Of a stretch of 64,000 bases of DNA, positions 23,122 through 37,879 are shown piece after piece. The notes below the pieces were generated by a model. It was not told the DNA's origin and did not search any database. It was given only the letters and a program-made list of their open reading frames with translations. Position numbers and translations under genes: made by a program. This DNA comes from Macrostomum lignano (taxonomy: Eukaryota), in NCBI GenBank assembly GCA_002269645.1, contig NIVC01000734.1, forward strand, positions 186,001-250,000. The letters are read 5' to 3'. Each line of letters starts with the position of its first letter. The first letter of the stretch is position 1.

Positions 23122-23855
23122 ATAGGGCAGCTTTAGAAAAAAACGGTTTCCCGAATGGCACGATCGTTATTTGCACGGTACTGTGTAAATACTGCCGGGG
23201 TTATTTGCCTAATAATAAATACCTGATTAAATAGATATATTTTCATAATGAGTTACTTTATGAATTACTTTATGTTACTTTAGTAACTGTAGGGTAGGCG
23301 TTTGTTCGCTTGTTATTAATTAATTATGCAAAGTACAAGTGTCTACCCTTGGTGCGTACCAAGCAGCAGCTTTGCTAGTTCGCCAGGTGGCCGTGGTTTA
23401 ATTCCAGGGGAGGGTAAGAAAGCGGTCTGTAGACTCTTCGTTGGGGTTACTTGTGTCCAAACGGTCTTTAGACACCGAAGTATATAATTAACTGCAAGTC
23501 GATAAACCAATGAACATATAGCGTGATCGAAGCTGCCACGCCCTGCATGCACGCGGTACTGCAGGTATAAAAACACATACTCAGGGGTGTCGAAACCGGA
23601 GGGGCATGGGGGCTGGAGCCCCCCCCCCACTTTTTAGCATGCTCCTGCAAGTGCCCTTTTTGAATTTTAAACAAGTGTTGGCCGGTTTTATGGGCTTTAG
23701 CTTTTCTCGAGTTTCGGGAGCAAGGGTACAAGCAGGAGCGAGAGGACACCGTTGCTATCCACACACTAGAGGAGATCAATGTAAATGTAAGAATAAAGAA
23801 TGTACATTCCATTACAGTTTTTTTCTAAATGTGCCTAAGCCTAGTGCTTTTAGTG

Positions 23856-24575
23856 CAGGGGTGGGCAAACTTTTAACCTCAAGGGCCAGATTGAGAACCA
23901 AGCTCATGATGCCCTTCTGGGTCCGCTTCGCTGCCATGCAGCCGCTGCATGGGCCCCATAAGAAGCGGACCCAGGAGTCCTGATGACTGCGGGCCAGAGG
24001 AGGGAGAGAGGGTAAGGAATAGAAAAGAGAAATACGAGCATTTAGGAGAAAGGAGAGGCGAATGAATAAAGGAGAAGAGAGTGTATGAGAGGAGAGATGA
24101 AAAGGAGAGACAGGAGAAGGGAGATAAATGAGGAGAGGAGAGAGGAGGGAAGGGAGAAGAGAATGGAGAGGAAAAGGGAGATGAGAGGAGACGAAAGAGG
24201 TGAGCAGCTAAGAGAGGTGAGGAGATGAGAGGAGACGAAAGAGGTGAGCAGCTAAGAGAGGTGAGGAGATGAGAGGAGAAAGGTATAGAGTTAGAGAGAG
24301 AAGAGAGGTCACGGCGTGTTAAATTTTTTTGAATAAAGGCTACCGCGGTTTCAAGCCTCTAGGCTCTTCATCAGGCCAAAAAATTCCAAATTTGTCAGGA
24401 GAGAGGAGAGGAGAGGAGAGGACAAGAGAGAATATGAGAAGAGAGATGTGAGAGAGAAGAGATCTAAGAAGAGACACAAACATAGAGTGGGCTGGATTGC
24501 TATTGTGAAGATTCAAAGGACCCAAGGGCCCGATAGAGAGACTTGCGGGCCGACCTGGAAGTTTGCCGACCCCTA
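23856..24575. mobile_element. Nested hAT-type MITE with purine-rich low-complexity core
   Basis: CAGGGGTGGGCAAAC ... GTTTGCCGACCCCTA inverted termini; no clean TSD. Confidence 0.45.
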
Positions 24576-25004
24576 TAGTTTAGTATTTAGCTTTTTTAAT
24601 TTGGCGTCTCTGATCGAAATCCCAAGCTGAATTAAACCGCTGCTGGCGCTGCAACCAAAATCACTAAAATGCTGTCAGCTAAAACAATAGAGAAACTGAA
24701 GGAGGCAGCCAAGAGATCCAGAAAATTACTGATCTTGCCCTTGCAAATTTCATTCATTGAGATATTTACTAAATTATAAATTAATTGATTAGTTCAGTAC
24801 AGTAGCGCATGTTTGAATCAGTTGAAAATTCGTGCATTTTCAGACTTTAGCTATACTCAGCAACAGTTAAAAGTTCCACCCTCCAAATTTCGAAAACTTC
24901 ACTCACAATTCAACCTCAAGTTCCGCAACTAAGCCGCCGCGAGGAAGGGAAAGTTGATTGACTATCAATACTCGTAGTAAAATCGTACATTTTTTATGCA
25001 ATAT

Positions 25005-25410
25005 TCAGTTAGAATCGCGATGCGTGTGGGATCCCCTCACACGCAGAAGTGCGACGACTCTGCGGGGCATCCCAAGGATGAGGCAGCGCAGAAAGTCCTG
25101 AGGGAGCTGCTCCGAAGCGTTTTCAATGGCATGACGTAGAGCTCTCCGCAACATTGTCGGCTGATTTTCCATGCAGGAATGGCATTCTTGCACTCTTTTG
25201 CGTGCAGAAATGGATGTCTATGGTAAAATCTCACTGAAAAAGCATTAGGCGCAAAAAGTATTCTCTTTTCGAATGCTACGTTTTAGGAAGTCCCAGACAT
25301 GCTCGATGGAATTCATGTCTGGGGACCGAGAAGGCCAGCGCAGAGTGCGCAGCTGTAGCTGCTCCTTCAGTTGACTAACAGCATCGGCTTGGTGTGGCGG
25401 GGCGTTGTTC
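25005..25410 (-). pseudogene. Tc1-family transposase C-terminal remnant
   Basis: NNAPPH...LRWPSRSPDMNSIEHVWDFLKRSI, then LRRAL..LPQDFLRCLILGMPRRVVALLRVRGSHT, interrupted by a stop/insertion. Confidence 0.8.
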
Positions 25411-27205
25411 CTGGGCTTGGGTCTGCTTAATGTCCAGGCCTGGACCATAAGCAGACCCAAGCCACCCCCAAGCGGCAATAAGCTTTGCGCGTGCCGTAGG
25501 TTGCGTCACTCGCAATAAGTGAAAAAATCATCTCGCTTAGTGGGGTTGAACATTTGACTGTTGCTGAGTATTCTTCCAACACATGGCTTATAGAATATTG
25601 GCCTGGTTGTCAGAATGTCACAAATTGACATAACAACAGGAGTTAGGGTGCCCTCAGATTAAAAAAAAAATTATGTGCAATGTGCCCTCTCACAATATCC
25701 CCCCCCCACTTTGAAATATGTTTCGACACCGCTTGCACATACACGGGGATCGCCTCCTAAAACTTTCCAATAACGTAGTTTCCCATTCTTCTATTTGAGT
25801 AGTCCTTGATCATTGAATAATAGCGTCGGAACTTCGAGACGTCTCTTCGATTTGATTTTCGATTGAGTGGGCGGTGCGTGCGAGACGAACCAAAAACGCA
25901 GAAAAGGAATAATTACATTTATAACTTAACCTTAATGCAAATACATGTATAGTATATAACATGTACGCTCGTAATTGGCCCGTATATACTGCAGGGTTAT
26001 TGTAGCATTAAAAGGGGGGATTAGTACGAGCGCGTATAGTTCCATGAGCTAGACCAACGGCTGGTCCATCTGTAAGAGGCCAAAATGACACGATTTATCC
26101 GGGACCATCCGCTGGACAACAAGGAGCACAATTAAAACACGAACTTCCAACGGGTGGACCCCACCCTTTAACAAAAATCAAGTTGACAGTGTTAGTCCCC
26201 ACTAACGCTTTTTTAGTTTCCCACTAATTTGCAAATTGAAGAAGAAAAAATCTACGAAAAATACGAACTCAGTATCAAGTATGGACTTTGGCTACACATG
26301 GCCAGCGTACAGCAATTCAACGTCGGCAATATCGGCCGACGTTTCCGATGCACCAACGACGTCGGTAAATTGATGTACTGTAAAAGTATTACTACATACT
26401 AGCAAACTATCTTGGACCCGTTGACCTTATTCTTTCTAACAATTAAACAATTAGGTAAATCTGGCTGTCTGTTTAATGGCAAGAAATCCCAGTTGTACAT
26501 ATGTAGCCATAGCAACTCTGGGGATCCCATCGTTAAACACCGCTAGTCCCTTAAAAGTGGGCCGGATCACCATGGGGGTTATTCCGAATACCCTAAATCG
26601 ACGACCCCCTCCGTTATTCACTAAATATATCTCGACATCTAGAGGTCGAAAAATAACATTTGAAAGGTCTTCTTTTGAGTGGCTTTAAGGCATAAATCCG
26701 CATGCATAGTGTTATAGGTAAGTTACATCCGGAATATTGAAGAGCAGCTCTTCGTGGATTACTGCACCTGCACCTGTTCAATTCATTTTCTGTGCGTGCT
26801 GAATCCACAAGAGGAAGCTTTGCTAGTCGGTTCATTTTTTACTGAATAATTGGCTCCCTTTCTGCAGCCAAAAAGCAGTTCTCAAAAGACACAATAGACC
26901 AATGGCTTATATGTGCCACTTAAGATGAAATCGGATATTGCCGATTTATGCACACTTCAGCAATGGACCAATATATTTTGATCGAAGGTCAGTCCTACCT
27001 GACAACTGAGTGAGCACTGCTGCACCTTCAACTGTGCTAATTGATGCATGAACCCTATGATTGACTGACTGGTGCCACCGTGAATTCAATGCTTTAGACT
27101 TAAAACTGGTCGTCCTAAGTGAATGATATAGAGTTTTTCCCATAATACCAACTTTTGCCACCTCCTGACCCGACAAAGAGACGGGAAGGGCCGCTAATAA
27201 CTCGT

Positions 27206-27747
<542 letters not shown>

Positions 27748-28281
27748 GGTATCTAATTTAACGCACTTATTCTTCCCAGATTCTAAAGTGTTTGCTAAAG
27801 TCTGCTTTCTATGTTGTGAAATTTAGACATGGTGGAGAAAATGATTATTATTAAATTGTAAACTGTAGCAAGTTTTTAGTCTGTGGACTACCAACCCACA
27901 AACAACCCATTTTTAGTATATAGGAAGTGCTTGTTTTCCTACGTGAACTGTCTAGTCTTTAGACTTAAAGCCATATTGACACTCATACATCAAATCACAG
28001 CCCCCTCTCTCTGGATTGACGCAAACTAAATAACATTCAGCAAAAATCATGCCTGGCATGAATTGCCTATCTATGCATAGTCTGCATAGATTTTGTAAGG
28101 AAAATAACTGGAGCGAGCGCACGTTGATTTTTATTACCAGCCGATGGAATACGCGATCTGTAGAGCGGGGAGCTTGCCCATAGTCGTTGGGAATAGTTGT
28201 TCACACAAAAACAAGTTCAACCGAAACAATGCTGTTTTGTTAAAATTCTGAATGTAGACCAGCTGCAGAGCGTGAGAGAAA

Positions 28282-28563
<282 letters not shown>

Positions 28564-28949
28564 GTTTCTCCACTTAGTGAATACAGTAGCAGACATGTGG
28601 AGACTCTCAACAGTGCAAGATATTTTGCAAAAGGACGCTTTTATCTCTCATGGTTTATGCCCGTATTATCCCATAGGTTTAATTGTGCCCACTAGGAAAT
28701 CAATAGCAGCTTCAGTATATGAGCTTGAGTAGCAATGCATTGAATTCGCAGTTACTTGTATAACCTAAACTATAATTTTACCATTGCTCCAACCCGAAGC
28801 CTGGAAGCATTCAGCAATCGCGAGTAGGGGAAGAGCAGAAGACGAATTCAGAGTAAAAGTAAATACACCCGATGACCTGGCAGTGACAGCGAGAGTGAGT
28901 TGTTACTGGCTATAGATACGGGCTTACTCCTCGCATAGCAGTGCCTGTG

Positions 28950-29541
28950 CAGCAGGTTTTTTTTTTACCCCAATTAGTACCCCATGGGGTATTAGTCAAC
29001 TGATTTGGGGTACTATTTTGCCCATTAATACCCCAGAATGGGGTACTATTTTTTCGACTTTAATTCAAACAAGTTAAGCTTTTTTCTAAAATTTGCTGTT
29101 CAATTAAAATTCTGACTGGGCTGGTATGGGTCTTTGTACTAAGGTATATCCACTCGTGTGGTGAGTCAGACTGTCAGGCTAAAACTCTAAAAGTGAGAGA
29201 GGGTTGGAATTGGAAACTGATCTAATTAGAATTAGATTTAGATTAGATTGCGATACTGAAACGCCATCTAATTTACTTGAAATTTCGAAATCTAGCTTGT
29301 TCAGCCTTCAACGAAAGACACAAGAATGCAGTCAAACATTAGCAGCTGTGTTTTAACTCTAAATATAGTCTTGATTAAGTTATTTGACTGCGCCAGAATC
29401 AATTTTTATAAGAATTCAAGTAAACTACAGAGGCAAAATTAGAAATTTCATGGGGTATTACTCCTCCAAAATGGGGTACTACTCAGAGGCTTGATACCCC
29501 AATTCGGGTACTAATCAATAGCGAAAAAAAAAACACTGCTG
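28950..29541. mobile_element. Probable CMC-type MITE
   Basis: CAGCAG-(T)n ... (A)n-CACTGCTG inverted ends, 2-bp TG duplication, internal ACCCC/GGGGT(A/C) subterminal repeats. Confidence 0.45.
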
Positions 29542-30029
29542 TGCAGTCTTCCATTTCCTCCTCCCTAAATAACTCCTCCCTCGGCCTTTAGGATAGGTGA
29601 TGAAGCCTGAACGACTAGCCCCAATGCAGTTAGGGAAACTGGATCGAGTTTTAGGCGATCTAGTCTAGAGCAGTCGAAATGAAATTAAATTTTGCTTAGC
29701 CTGGACTATCGCATTTCGAACTCCTTCACCATTCGCGGGTCCAAGAGATCGTGTTTTACTCGTACTACGACTATTTTTGGGCATTTTGATATCGATATTT
29801 TGCATCGGTTTCTATCTGCAATCAACTTCGTTTCAATATTAATCGGAAAGTTATTTCTAATCAGAATGAGGCATTAGTACTCGCGTACTTGAGTGTGCTC
29901 ACGGACATTGGTTTGTGTGAGCTGTTATAATTCGGGCGACCTTGTTTTCCCTGCCCTGAAGTTTGCTGATCCCAGCTCCGAAGCGCATTTAACCTTGCCA
30001 AGAGTCCTTTGCTATTAGATGTGGCTACC

Positions 30030-30799
30030 CCTGCCTGAAGTGTCTACCATTACCCTGAAGTGTCTACCTCTGCACTAAAGTGTCTGTCCTTGCCGTTTAA
30101 TGTCTTTCCTTGCCCTGAAGTGCAGGCCCTTGCCCTGAAGTGTCTCTCTTTGCCCTGAAGGGTCTCTCTTTGCCCTGAAGTGTCTCTCTTTGTCCTGAAG
30201 TTCCTTTCCTTGGCCTGAAGTGTCTCTCTTTGTCCTGAATTGTCTTCCTTTTCCCTGAAGTGTCTCTCTTCGCCCTGAAGTGTCTCTCATTGCCCTGGAG
30301 TGTCTCTTTGCCTTGAAGTGTCTACTCTTTGCCCTGAAGTGTCTATACAATTACCCTGAAGTGTCTATACAATTACCCTGAAGTGTCTATACAATTACCC
30401 TGAAGTGTCTATACAATTACCCTGAAGTGTCTACTCTTTGCCTTGAAGTGTCTATACAATTACCCTGAAGTGTCTATACAATTACCCTGAAGTGTCTATA
30501 CAATTACCCTGAAGTGTCTATACAATTACCCTGAAGTGTCTACTCTTTGCCTTGAAGTGTCTATACAATTACCCTGAAGTGTCTACTCTTTGCCTTGAAG
30601 TGTCTATACAATTACCCTGAAGTGTCTATACAATTACCCTGAAGTGTCTATACAATTACCCTGAAGTGTCTATACAATTACCCTGAAGTGTCTACTCTTT
30701 GCCTTGAAGTGTCTATACAATTACCCTGAAGTGTCTACTCTTTGCCTTGAAGTGTCTATAGAATTACCCTGAAGTGTCTACCCTTGCCCTGAAGTCTCT
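30030..30799. repeat. Minisatellite, 21-22-bp unit CCCTGAAGTGTCTATACAATTA
   Basis: Direct reading; more degenerate at left. Confidence 0.95.
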
Positions 30800-32146
30800 A
30801 CGGATACATTTGATCATTGCATTTCTGAAGCAAACATTTGTGAGTCATGGCACTCAAATAAACAAATATTCCAAAGTTCCGAAGTGATTTACTTTATTGC
30901 ACAAAACAGAAAAATACACACAAATATATTTTATATTCTTTCGGGGCAAAAGGCGCAAAATACAAACTTTAAATGGCGGCTATTCATGTGCAGAATATTG
31001 AATATTATTGAAGACAAATGTACAGTATTTTAGACTTTTTATTCAAAAAATTCATAAAGCTTTTAAAACAGGAAATTATACGAAAAAATATCAGTTATTT
31101 CTTAGACAGAAATTCAAAGACAAAACGTAAATTAGGTGTTGCACAGGTGTAGTAGTATTAGTTCAATGACAACACAAATGCACGAGAACAAGCCACTTTC
31201 AACATATTTTAATAGGAACGGCCAAAAATAGATTTTTGCAGTAAATTTTGTTAAATCGAAGCGATTTTTATAAGATTCAACAACAACGGGGAAGAGAAAA
31301 TATCTGTCAATCATTAAGTTCTCTGTAAACTGGCAAAAGATGCAACGGCAAGATCCGTCAGTTTTCTAGCGAATGTAAAATCATCAGCCAAGTTGATCGT
31401 GAAGCCAAACAAAGTTGAGAATTGTTATTTGAAAGCTGTACATTCGGTCTTGCCCAATAGACATCAGCACAAAGAAGAATGTCATAGCAAGATTCTCAAC
31501 TTGGTTGGCCCACAGATTCTATATAGTTACGCTAAGATGGGCCACTCCCCCTTTCTGCATGAAGGCACTTTGTCTATGGTTGGACTCGTCGATTCTAGAC
31601 AGTAAGCAAAGGGACAGCTTTTGGGTTGGTCTAACTTGGCTGGCAGAAGCAACACTTGTGCAAGACCATAGACAATTTAAAGTAGAAGGACGCCTCAAAT
31701 ACGTAACATATTACCAACCGAATTTACGGCAAAATTACTTTTGCTGCTAATGGCAACCTACGGAGGGGTTTGGCTAACGGTGAATCCCCAAATTGATGCT
31801 TAATTAGGCCCGCCAACCGTAGATTGGAAAAGACACCGGAACCACCCTTCAGGGAACAGCTAGTGAGACACTGCTCACTAGTGGGGTGACGTCCATTCTC
31901 CGGCTACCCGCGTGGCTCCTGATCCTCAGGCAGTGAGGCATCTTCTAATGGTTCTAATATGTTTCCAGGTGTAATCTTTCTATTAAAATAATTGTCTTGA
32001 AGGAACTTGCAATGACAACATTCTTATGCATGCAATCACGCTAATGCATTGTTGCCGCAGAAATCAGGACTTTCTTGAGAGTGTAAATATAGCGTCCAGT
32101 TCTAGCGAGTACTTTAGCTGTTGTGACTTTTCCGTCTACTCACTCT

Positions 32147-34244
32147 CTATCTGGGCTGCTCGCGCATGACAGTCAGGTAGTGACCGGTCGAACCGGGTGG
32201 CAATCTGAGGTAGCCACGAGAGCTGGTCGGTGGTTGCTGCTGATGAGCCCACTGCTGCTGCTGCTGCTGCTGATGATGATAGTACAGCTGCTGAGACGGC
32301 GGAGTGTCAACGTTGTAGCTGCGACTTCGCTGACTCATCGGAGAAGCCCGACCGCCAGACGGTGGCCGGTAGTCCGAGCGGTCTGTCTCAAATCTCTTCA
32401 ACCGACCGTGCAGGTGTTGCTGCGTCTGCAACTGCGGTTGCTCATCCTGCTCGTCCACTTTCAAGAACTCGTTGAAAATAGCATTGGTGCGCTCGTCAAT
32501 GCTGTAGTCGCGTTGAAGACGCGGACTTTGACGCCGCTGCGGCTGCTGCTGCTGCATTTCACCTTGGTTGAAAAATTTATCAAAGACCGCAGCCTTGCTG
32601 TCACCGCTATCGTCTAGATGTGCTTCGATTTCCATTCGGAGCTGCTCTTCTTCGTTGTCAAGCTCCAGAGGATGATGGCGCGGCTGCGGCTGCGGCTGCG
32701 GCTGCGGCTGCGGCTGCGGCTGCGGGCTGAACCGGCGTCGGTCCTCGCTGAACTTCCGTCGTCTGGCTGACGCTCTGGAATCCGGCGGCACTGCCGGGTC
32801 AGCCTGGGTCACGATTAGCGTTGGCGACCTCTGGCACTGCTGCTGCCGCTTGGCCTGCTGCAGCACCTGCTGCTGGCTTTTCACCAGGGCGGGCTTCGCT
32901 GGCAGGGACCTCTGCCGCTGCTGCTGCTGCTGCAGGTGCTGCGGTGACAGCGAGACGGCTCCTGGCGGCAGCAGTGGCGAGTTCTGCTTCTCAACCAGCG
33001 GATGCTGGCACAACTGGCTTTGCTGAGGGGTCTGCCTAGGCGACGACGATAGTCGAAGAGAATGCTGGCCGATCAAAACGGCTGGCAGGGTTTTTCCGAC
33101 TCCGACGACGCCGCTAGCGCCTTGAGACTCCACGCTCTTGTAGCCGGAGTCCCGCTGCATCTGCTGCAGCTTCCGGCTGCCGCTGCTGGAACCGCCGCCG
33201 CCTCCACCGCCGCCTGCGCCGCCACCAGTTGAGTCCGTGTGCGAGTCGGCGCCAGTTGATGACTCAAAACTAGTCGTAGTGTTGTGACCCGGCCCGCTAG
33301 AGTTGGACCGCGAGGTTGGCTCTACCTCCGGATCGGTTGTCGCCGTCTCAAAGCTGTCCAGACTCGTCTCGCCGCTCGCGTTGGCCTTCTGGCTGCGCCG
33401 AGCGAGGCCGGCCTGCCGAAAGTGCTGACGTCGCGTCTCGGTCTCCGGTGCGATCGCGGCCTCCGCTGCTACAGCTGCTGGCTCGCCGCCGCCGGCCGCC
33501 GCTTCGAAGCTGCAGCGCAGGCGCCAGAGTTGTCGAGGATCGCGTCCTGTTGTGTCAGACACCGCAGCAACCAGTGGAAGCCGCATTCGATGGTGATGCA
33601 GCTGCTGCTGCTGCTGCTGCTGCCAGCCGACGCCCAACGGCCCCGGAGGAGCCTCCTGGTAGTAAACTGGCAAGTAGCGCCGCTGCTGAGCAAAATAGCT
33701 GCCCGCTCCGATGAGCTCGTCATCGGGGATCTCGTCCAGCATTAGCTGATTATCCTGGACCTCCTCCAGACTGCCAGTGTCGTTATATCGCACTACACTT
33801 GGCGGACTGTCACGCCGCTCCTTGGCGTTGGGATTCTCGATGCACTCAGCGTCGAAACTGAACGCCTTTCGGCTGTTTGGTGAATTACTGGGCGCGGCCA
33901 GTAGCGACGCAGAAGGATGACGGCCAACTTGCTGCTGCTGCTGCTGCTGCTGTGGAGAATACAAAGACGCAGTTCGCTCCGAAGTGGCTCTCAGTACGCC
34001 AGCTCGACGACTTCGACCAACGACGACGTTGTACTGCTCGGTCGACGGTCCGGGATGAAGCGGCAGCGGCGAAGTCGACGTCGACGACATGTTGGCGACC
34101 AGGGTTGGGGTCGGCGTCGGCGTCTGGGTAGGCGTCGGAGTCGATGTCGGACGCTGATGCGGCGCCGGAAGCTGCTCTGCGACGCCGCGCGACGAAACTC
34201 GAGGCGACAGCCGATAGTGCGGCTGCGACAACTGCTGGCGAGCG
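32147..34244 (-). CDS. CBARP: CBARP/BARP-like protein, terminal exon 4 (polyQ, disordered, conserved Cav-beta-binding-type motifs)
   Basis: Acceptor catcag| at 34245, phase 2, 2098 nt to TAG. Contains RQLWRLRCSFE, LQQMQRDSGYKSVE and QRDYSIDERTNAIFNEFLKVD, matching recalled human CBARP RDLWSLRASLE, LLQMDSGYASIE and RRDYSIDEKTDALFHEFLRHD. Confidence 0.75.
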
Positions 34245-34312
34245 CTGATGCAAGGGTTCAAAAATTTCAAATAATTGATTGATTGTTTTACATTTACACT
34301 ATTTTAATCGGG

Positions 34313-34497
34313 AGCACTAGAGGCGCCAGCACCAGAGGCGCCAGCACCAGAGGCGCCAGCACCAGAGGCGCCAGCACCAGAGGCGCCAGCACCAGAGGCG
34401 CCAGCACCAGAGGCGCCAGCACCAGAGGCGCCAGCACCAGAGGCGCCAGCACCAGAGGCGCCAGCACCAGAGGCGCCAGCACCAGAGGCGCCAGCAC
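34313..34497. repeat. 15-bp tandem repeat (GCACCAGAGGCGCCA) x12, next to a hAT-like end TGGCTACGCCCCT
   Basis: Direct reading; probably the internal array of a truncated MITE. Confidence 0.85.
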
Positions 34498-35034
34498 AAA
34501 GGGGGGCACCATAGTTTTTGGCAGGCCCATTGACGGAGTCGTGCCCGCACCCTCACTTACCCCACTGGCTACGCCCCTAGCCAAAGTTATAACTAAAGTA
34601 CAGAATGTACGGAATTAGCCGCAACACTTTTGGCTGATGAAGACTCGCAGATTTTGTTTGAGCTTTGCTGCCTGTTTACCTTTGTCAGAAAACTTCTGTC
34701 CGTTTGTACGGAGAAAGCAGAATGAAAGCGCAAACATAAAAGTGAGAATGAAGTCTGAAATAGGCGGGGAAGCTAGGCATCTGAGCGGAATTATGGCCAC
34801 TGTTTGTTCAGATTGCGTTGGGAAATTTCCTTTGACAAAACTTTCCCTCGTGTTTACTGTGACACGCAATGCCAGTTGGGAAGCAGGGATTGCTACAAGA
34901 GGAAGTGGCGGATGTGATTGAGAAATAGTCGAGTGAGTGGGCCGGGAGTTGAAACAAAGGCTGAATAAACAATGAGCTTCCTGCTTCGGGTGAAAAAGTT
35001 TTGAATAATGCCTAAGAGGGTGAGCTAGTCTGAG

Positions 35035-35475
35035 AGATAGAGGGTGAGATAATGTGAGATAAGATGAGAGACTGAGAGTGAGATAGGGAGAAAGATAGTG
35101 GATCAGAAAGCGAGAGATAAGGGTGAGATAAGATGAGAGACAGGGTGAGATAAGGTGAGAGATAAAGGGTGAGATAAGGTGAGAGATAGCGGGTGAGACA
35201 AGATGAGAGACAGGGTGAGATAAGGTGAGAGATAGAGGGTGAGATAAGGTGAAAGATGGAGAGAGATAAAGGGTCAGATATCGTAGAGGGTGGGATAAGG
35301 TAAGAGATAGATGGTGAGATAGAGAGAAAGGTAGTGGGTAAGAGAGCGAGAGATAAGGGTGAGATAAGATAAGAGACAGGTTGAGATAAGATGAGATAGA
35401 GGGTGAGATAAGGTGAGATATAAAGGGTGAGATAAGGTGAGAGAGTGAGAGATAGAGGTTGAGCTAGGGTAAGAG
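35035..35475. repeat. Degenerate GGTGAGATAAG purine-rich repeat
   Basis: Direct reading. Confidence 0.8.
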
Positions 35476-35730
35476 AGAGGGTCGGAAATGTGTTGAGAGA
35501 CAGATGAATAGAACGAGCTCCAATACATTTTATTCGATATTGTACTCAACGCTGGGCCATAATGAAGTGGAAGAACAGAGAGAATCGAAGACTCAAAGGA
35601 GACTAAAACGCACATTAAAGGTCAAATAATAACTGCACTAAAAGCCAATGCATCTGGCTATGCTAAAAGGTTTTTCGAAAAAAGGCGCTGCATTTAGTCA
35701 GTCCATATGCAGCATTACAAATGCGCTCAC

Positions 35731-35824
35731 TCTGATGCAGAAGTGCTGGCTAAAGAGTTCTCCATCAGGGAGGCTGTTAACTCCATGGCAACGGCAGTTT
35801 GATAATGCTGCTGTTTTTTCGATT
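35731..35824 (-). CDS. CBARP: CBARP-like exon 3 (ESKKQQHYQTAVAMELTASLMENSLASTSASD)
   Basis: ttttttag|AA...GA|gtgagc; phase 1 in and phase 2 out, exactly bridging exons 2 and 4. Confidence 0.7.
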
Positions 35825-36135
35825 CTAAAAAAATTGGCAATGAATAATTGCAGATAAATAATGCAATTTCTATGCAAAAGCGTGGAGTAGATCATTAGAT
35901 TGAATAGGGTTGGTTCGAAATAAAGATGAGATGCATTAGCAGTTCATGGCTCATTCAGTGATGCCAATATCTGACAATTGCACTATGATCTGGGGTGAGA
36001 TTTTTCATAATATGGGGTGAGAAATTTCATGATTCGAGGTGAGATTTTTCAAGATTTGGGGTGAAATTTAACATAATTTACATACTGATACTGTTGCTTG
36101 GCGAGCTTTTGCTGGCAGGTGGTGACCTTTAACTG

Positions 36136-37800
36136 GGGAGAGATAGAATGAAGAGAGATAGAATGGAGACAGATAGAATGGGGAGAGATAGAATAGGAGA
36201 AATAGAATGGGAGAGATAGAATGCGGAGAGATAGAATGAAGAGAGATAGAATGGAGACAGATAGAATGGGGAGAGATAGAATAGGAGAAATAGAATGGGA
36301 GAGATAGAATGCGGAGAGATAGAATGAAGAGAGATAGAATGGAGACATATAGAATGGGGAGAGATAGAATAGGAGAAATAGAATGGGAGAGATAGAATGC
36401 GGAGAGATAGAATGAAGAGAGATAGAATGAAGAGAGATAGAATGGGGAGAGATAGAATGGGGAGAGATAGAATGGGGAGAGATAGAATGGAGAAAGATAG
36501 AATGGGGAGAGATAGAATAGGAGAAATAGAATGGGAGAGATAGAATGCGGAGAGATAGAATGTAGAGAGATAGAATGGGAGAGATAGAATGCGGATCGAG
36601 ATAGAATGAAGAGAGATAGAATGAAGAGAGATAGAATGGAGAGAGATAGAATAGGAGAAATAGAATGGGAGAGATAGAATGCGGAGAGATAAAATTAAGA
36701 GAGATAGAATGGGGAGAGATAGAATAGGAGAAATAGAATGGGAGAGATAGAATGCGGAGAGATAGAATGGAGAGAGATAGAATGGGAGAGATAGAATGCG
36801 GATCGAGATAGAATGTAGAGAGATAGAATGGGAGAGATAGAATGGAGACAGATAGAATGGAGAGAGATAGAATAGGAGAAATAGAATGGGAGAGATAGAA
36901 TGCGGAGAGATAAAATTAAGAGAGATAGAATGGGGAGAGATAGAATAGGAGAAATAGAATGGGAGAGATAGAATGCGGAGAGATAGAATGGAGAGAGATA
37001 GAATGGGAGAGATAGAATGCGGATCGAGATAGAATGTAGAGAGATAGAATGGGAGAGATAGAATGGAGAGAGATAGAATGGAGAGAGATAGAATAGGAGA
37101 AATAGAATGGGAGAGATAGAATGCGGAGAGATAAAATTAAGAGAGATAGAATGGGGAGAGATAGAATGGGAGAGATAGAATGCGGAGAGATAAAATTAAG
37201 AGAGATAGAATGAAGAGAAATAGAACGGGGAGAGATAGAATGTAGAGAGATAGAATGTGGAGAGATAGAATGTGGAGAGATAGAATGTGGAGAGATAGAA
37301 TGTGGAGAGATAGAATGAAGAGAAATAGAATGGGAAGAGATAGAATGAAGAGAGATAGAATGGAGAGAGATAGAATGCGGAGAGATAGAATAGGAGAAAT
37401 AGAATGGGAGAGATAGAATTAAGAGAGATAGAATGGAGAGAGATAGAATGGAGAGAGATAGAATAGGAGAAATAGAATGGGAGAGATAGAATTCGGAGAG
37501 ATAGAATTAAGAGAGATAGAATGGGGAGAGATAGAATTGAGAGAGATAGAATGGGGAGAGATAGAATAGAGAGAGATAGAATGGGGAGAGATATAATGGC
37601 AGAGAAAGAACAGGAGAGATAGAATGAAGAGAGATAGAATGTGGAGAGATAGAATGAAGAGAGATAGAATGGGGAGAGAAAGAATGAAGAGAGATAGAAT
37701 GAGAGAGATAGAATGGAGAGAGATAGAATGAGAGAGATAGAATGGAGAGAGATAGAATGGGGAGAGATAGAATGGCAGAGAAAGAACAGGAGAGATAGAA
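36136..37800. repeat. Minisatellite, 15-16-bp unit GAGAGATAGAATG(N)n
   Basis: Direct reading; intronic. Confidence 0.95.
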
Positions 37801-37879
37801 CGTGAAAGGTTAGAACGGGATGCGAAAACTACAACATATGATAACTACCGAGAAAACTACGGCACAATGGCTGACTCAC

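Larger units (their letters stand above)
23582..25735. mobile_element. hAT-type non-autonomous composite element
   Basis: Termini CAGGGGTGTCGAAAC / GTTTCGACACCGCTTG. 8-bp TSD CACATACT vs CACATACA (7/8). Confidence 0.6.

Noticed and set aside
31835-31950. HDV-like ribozyme candidate (P4-like hairpin then CTAA-TGG)
   Set aside because: No valid P3/L3 or P1.1 could be built in the required order.
32123-34282. Plus-strand and alternative-frame ORFs over the large exon
   Set aside because: Shadow ORFs of a GC-rich CAG-repeat coding exon; no recognisable motifs.
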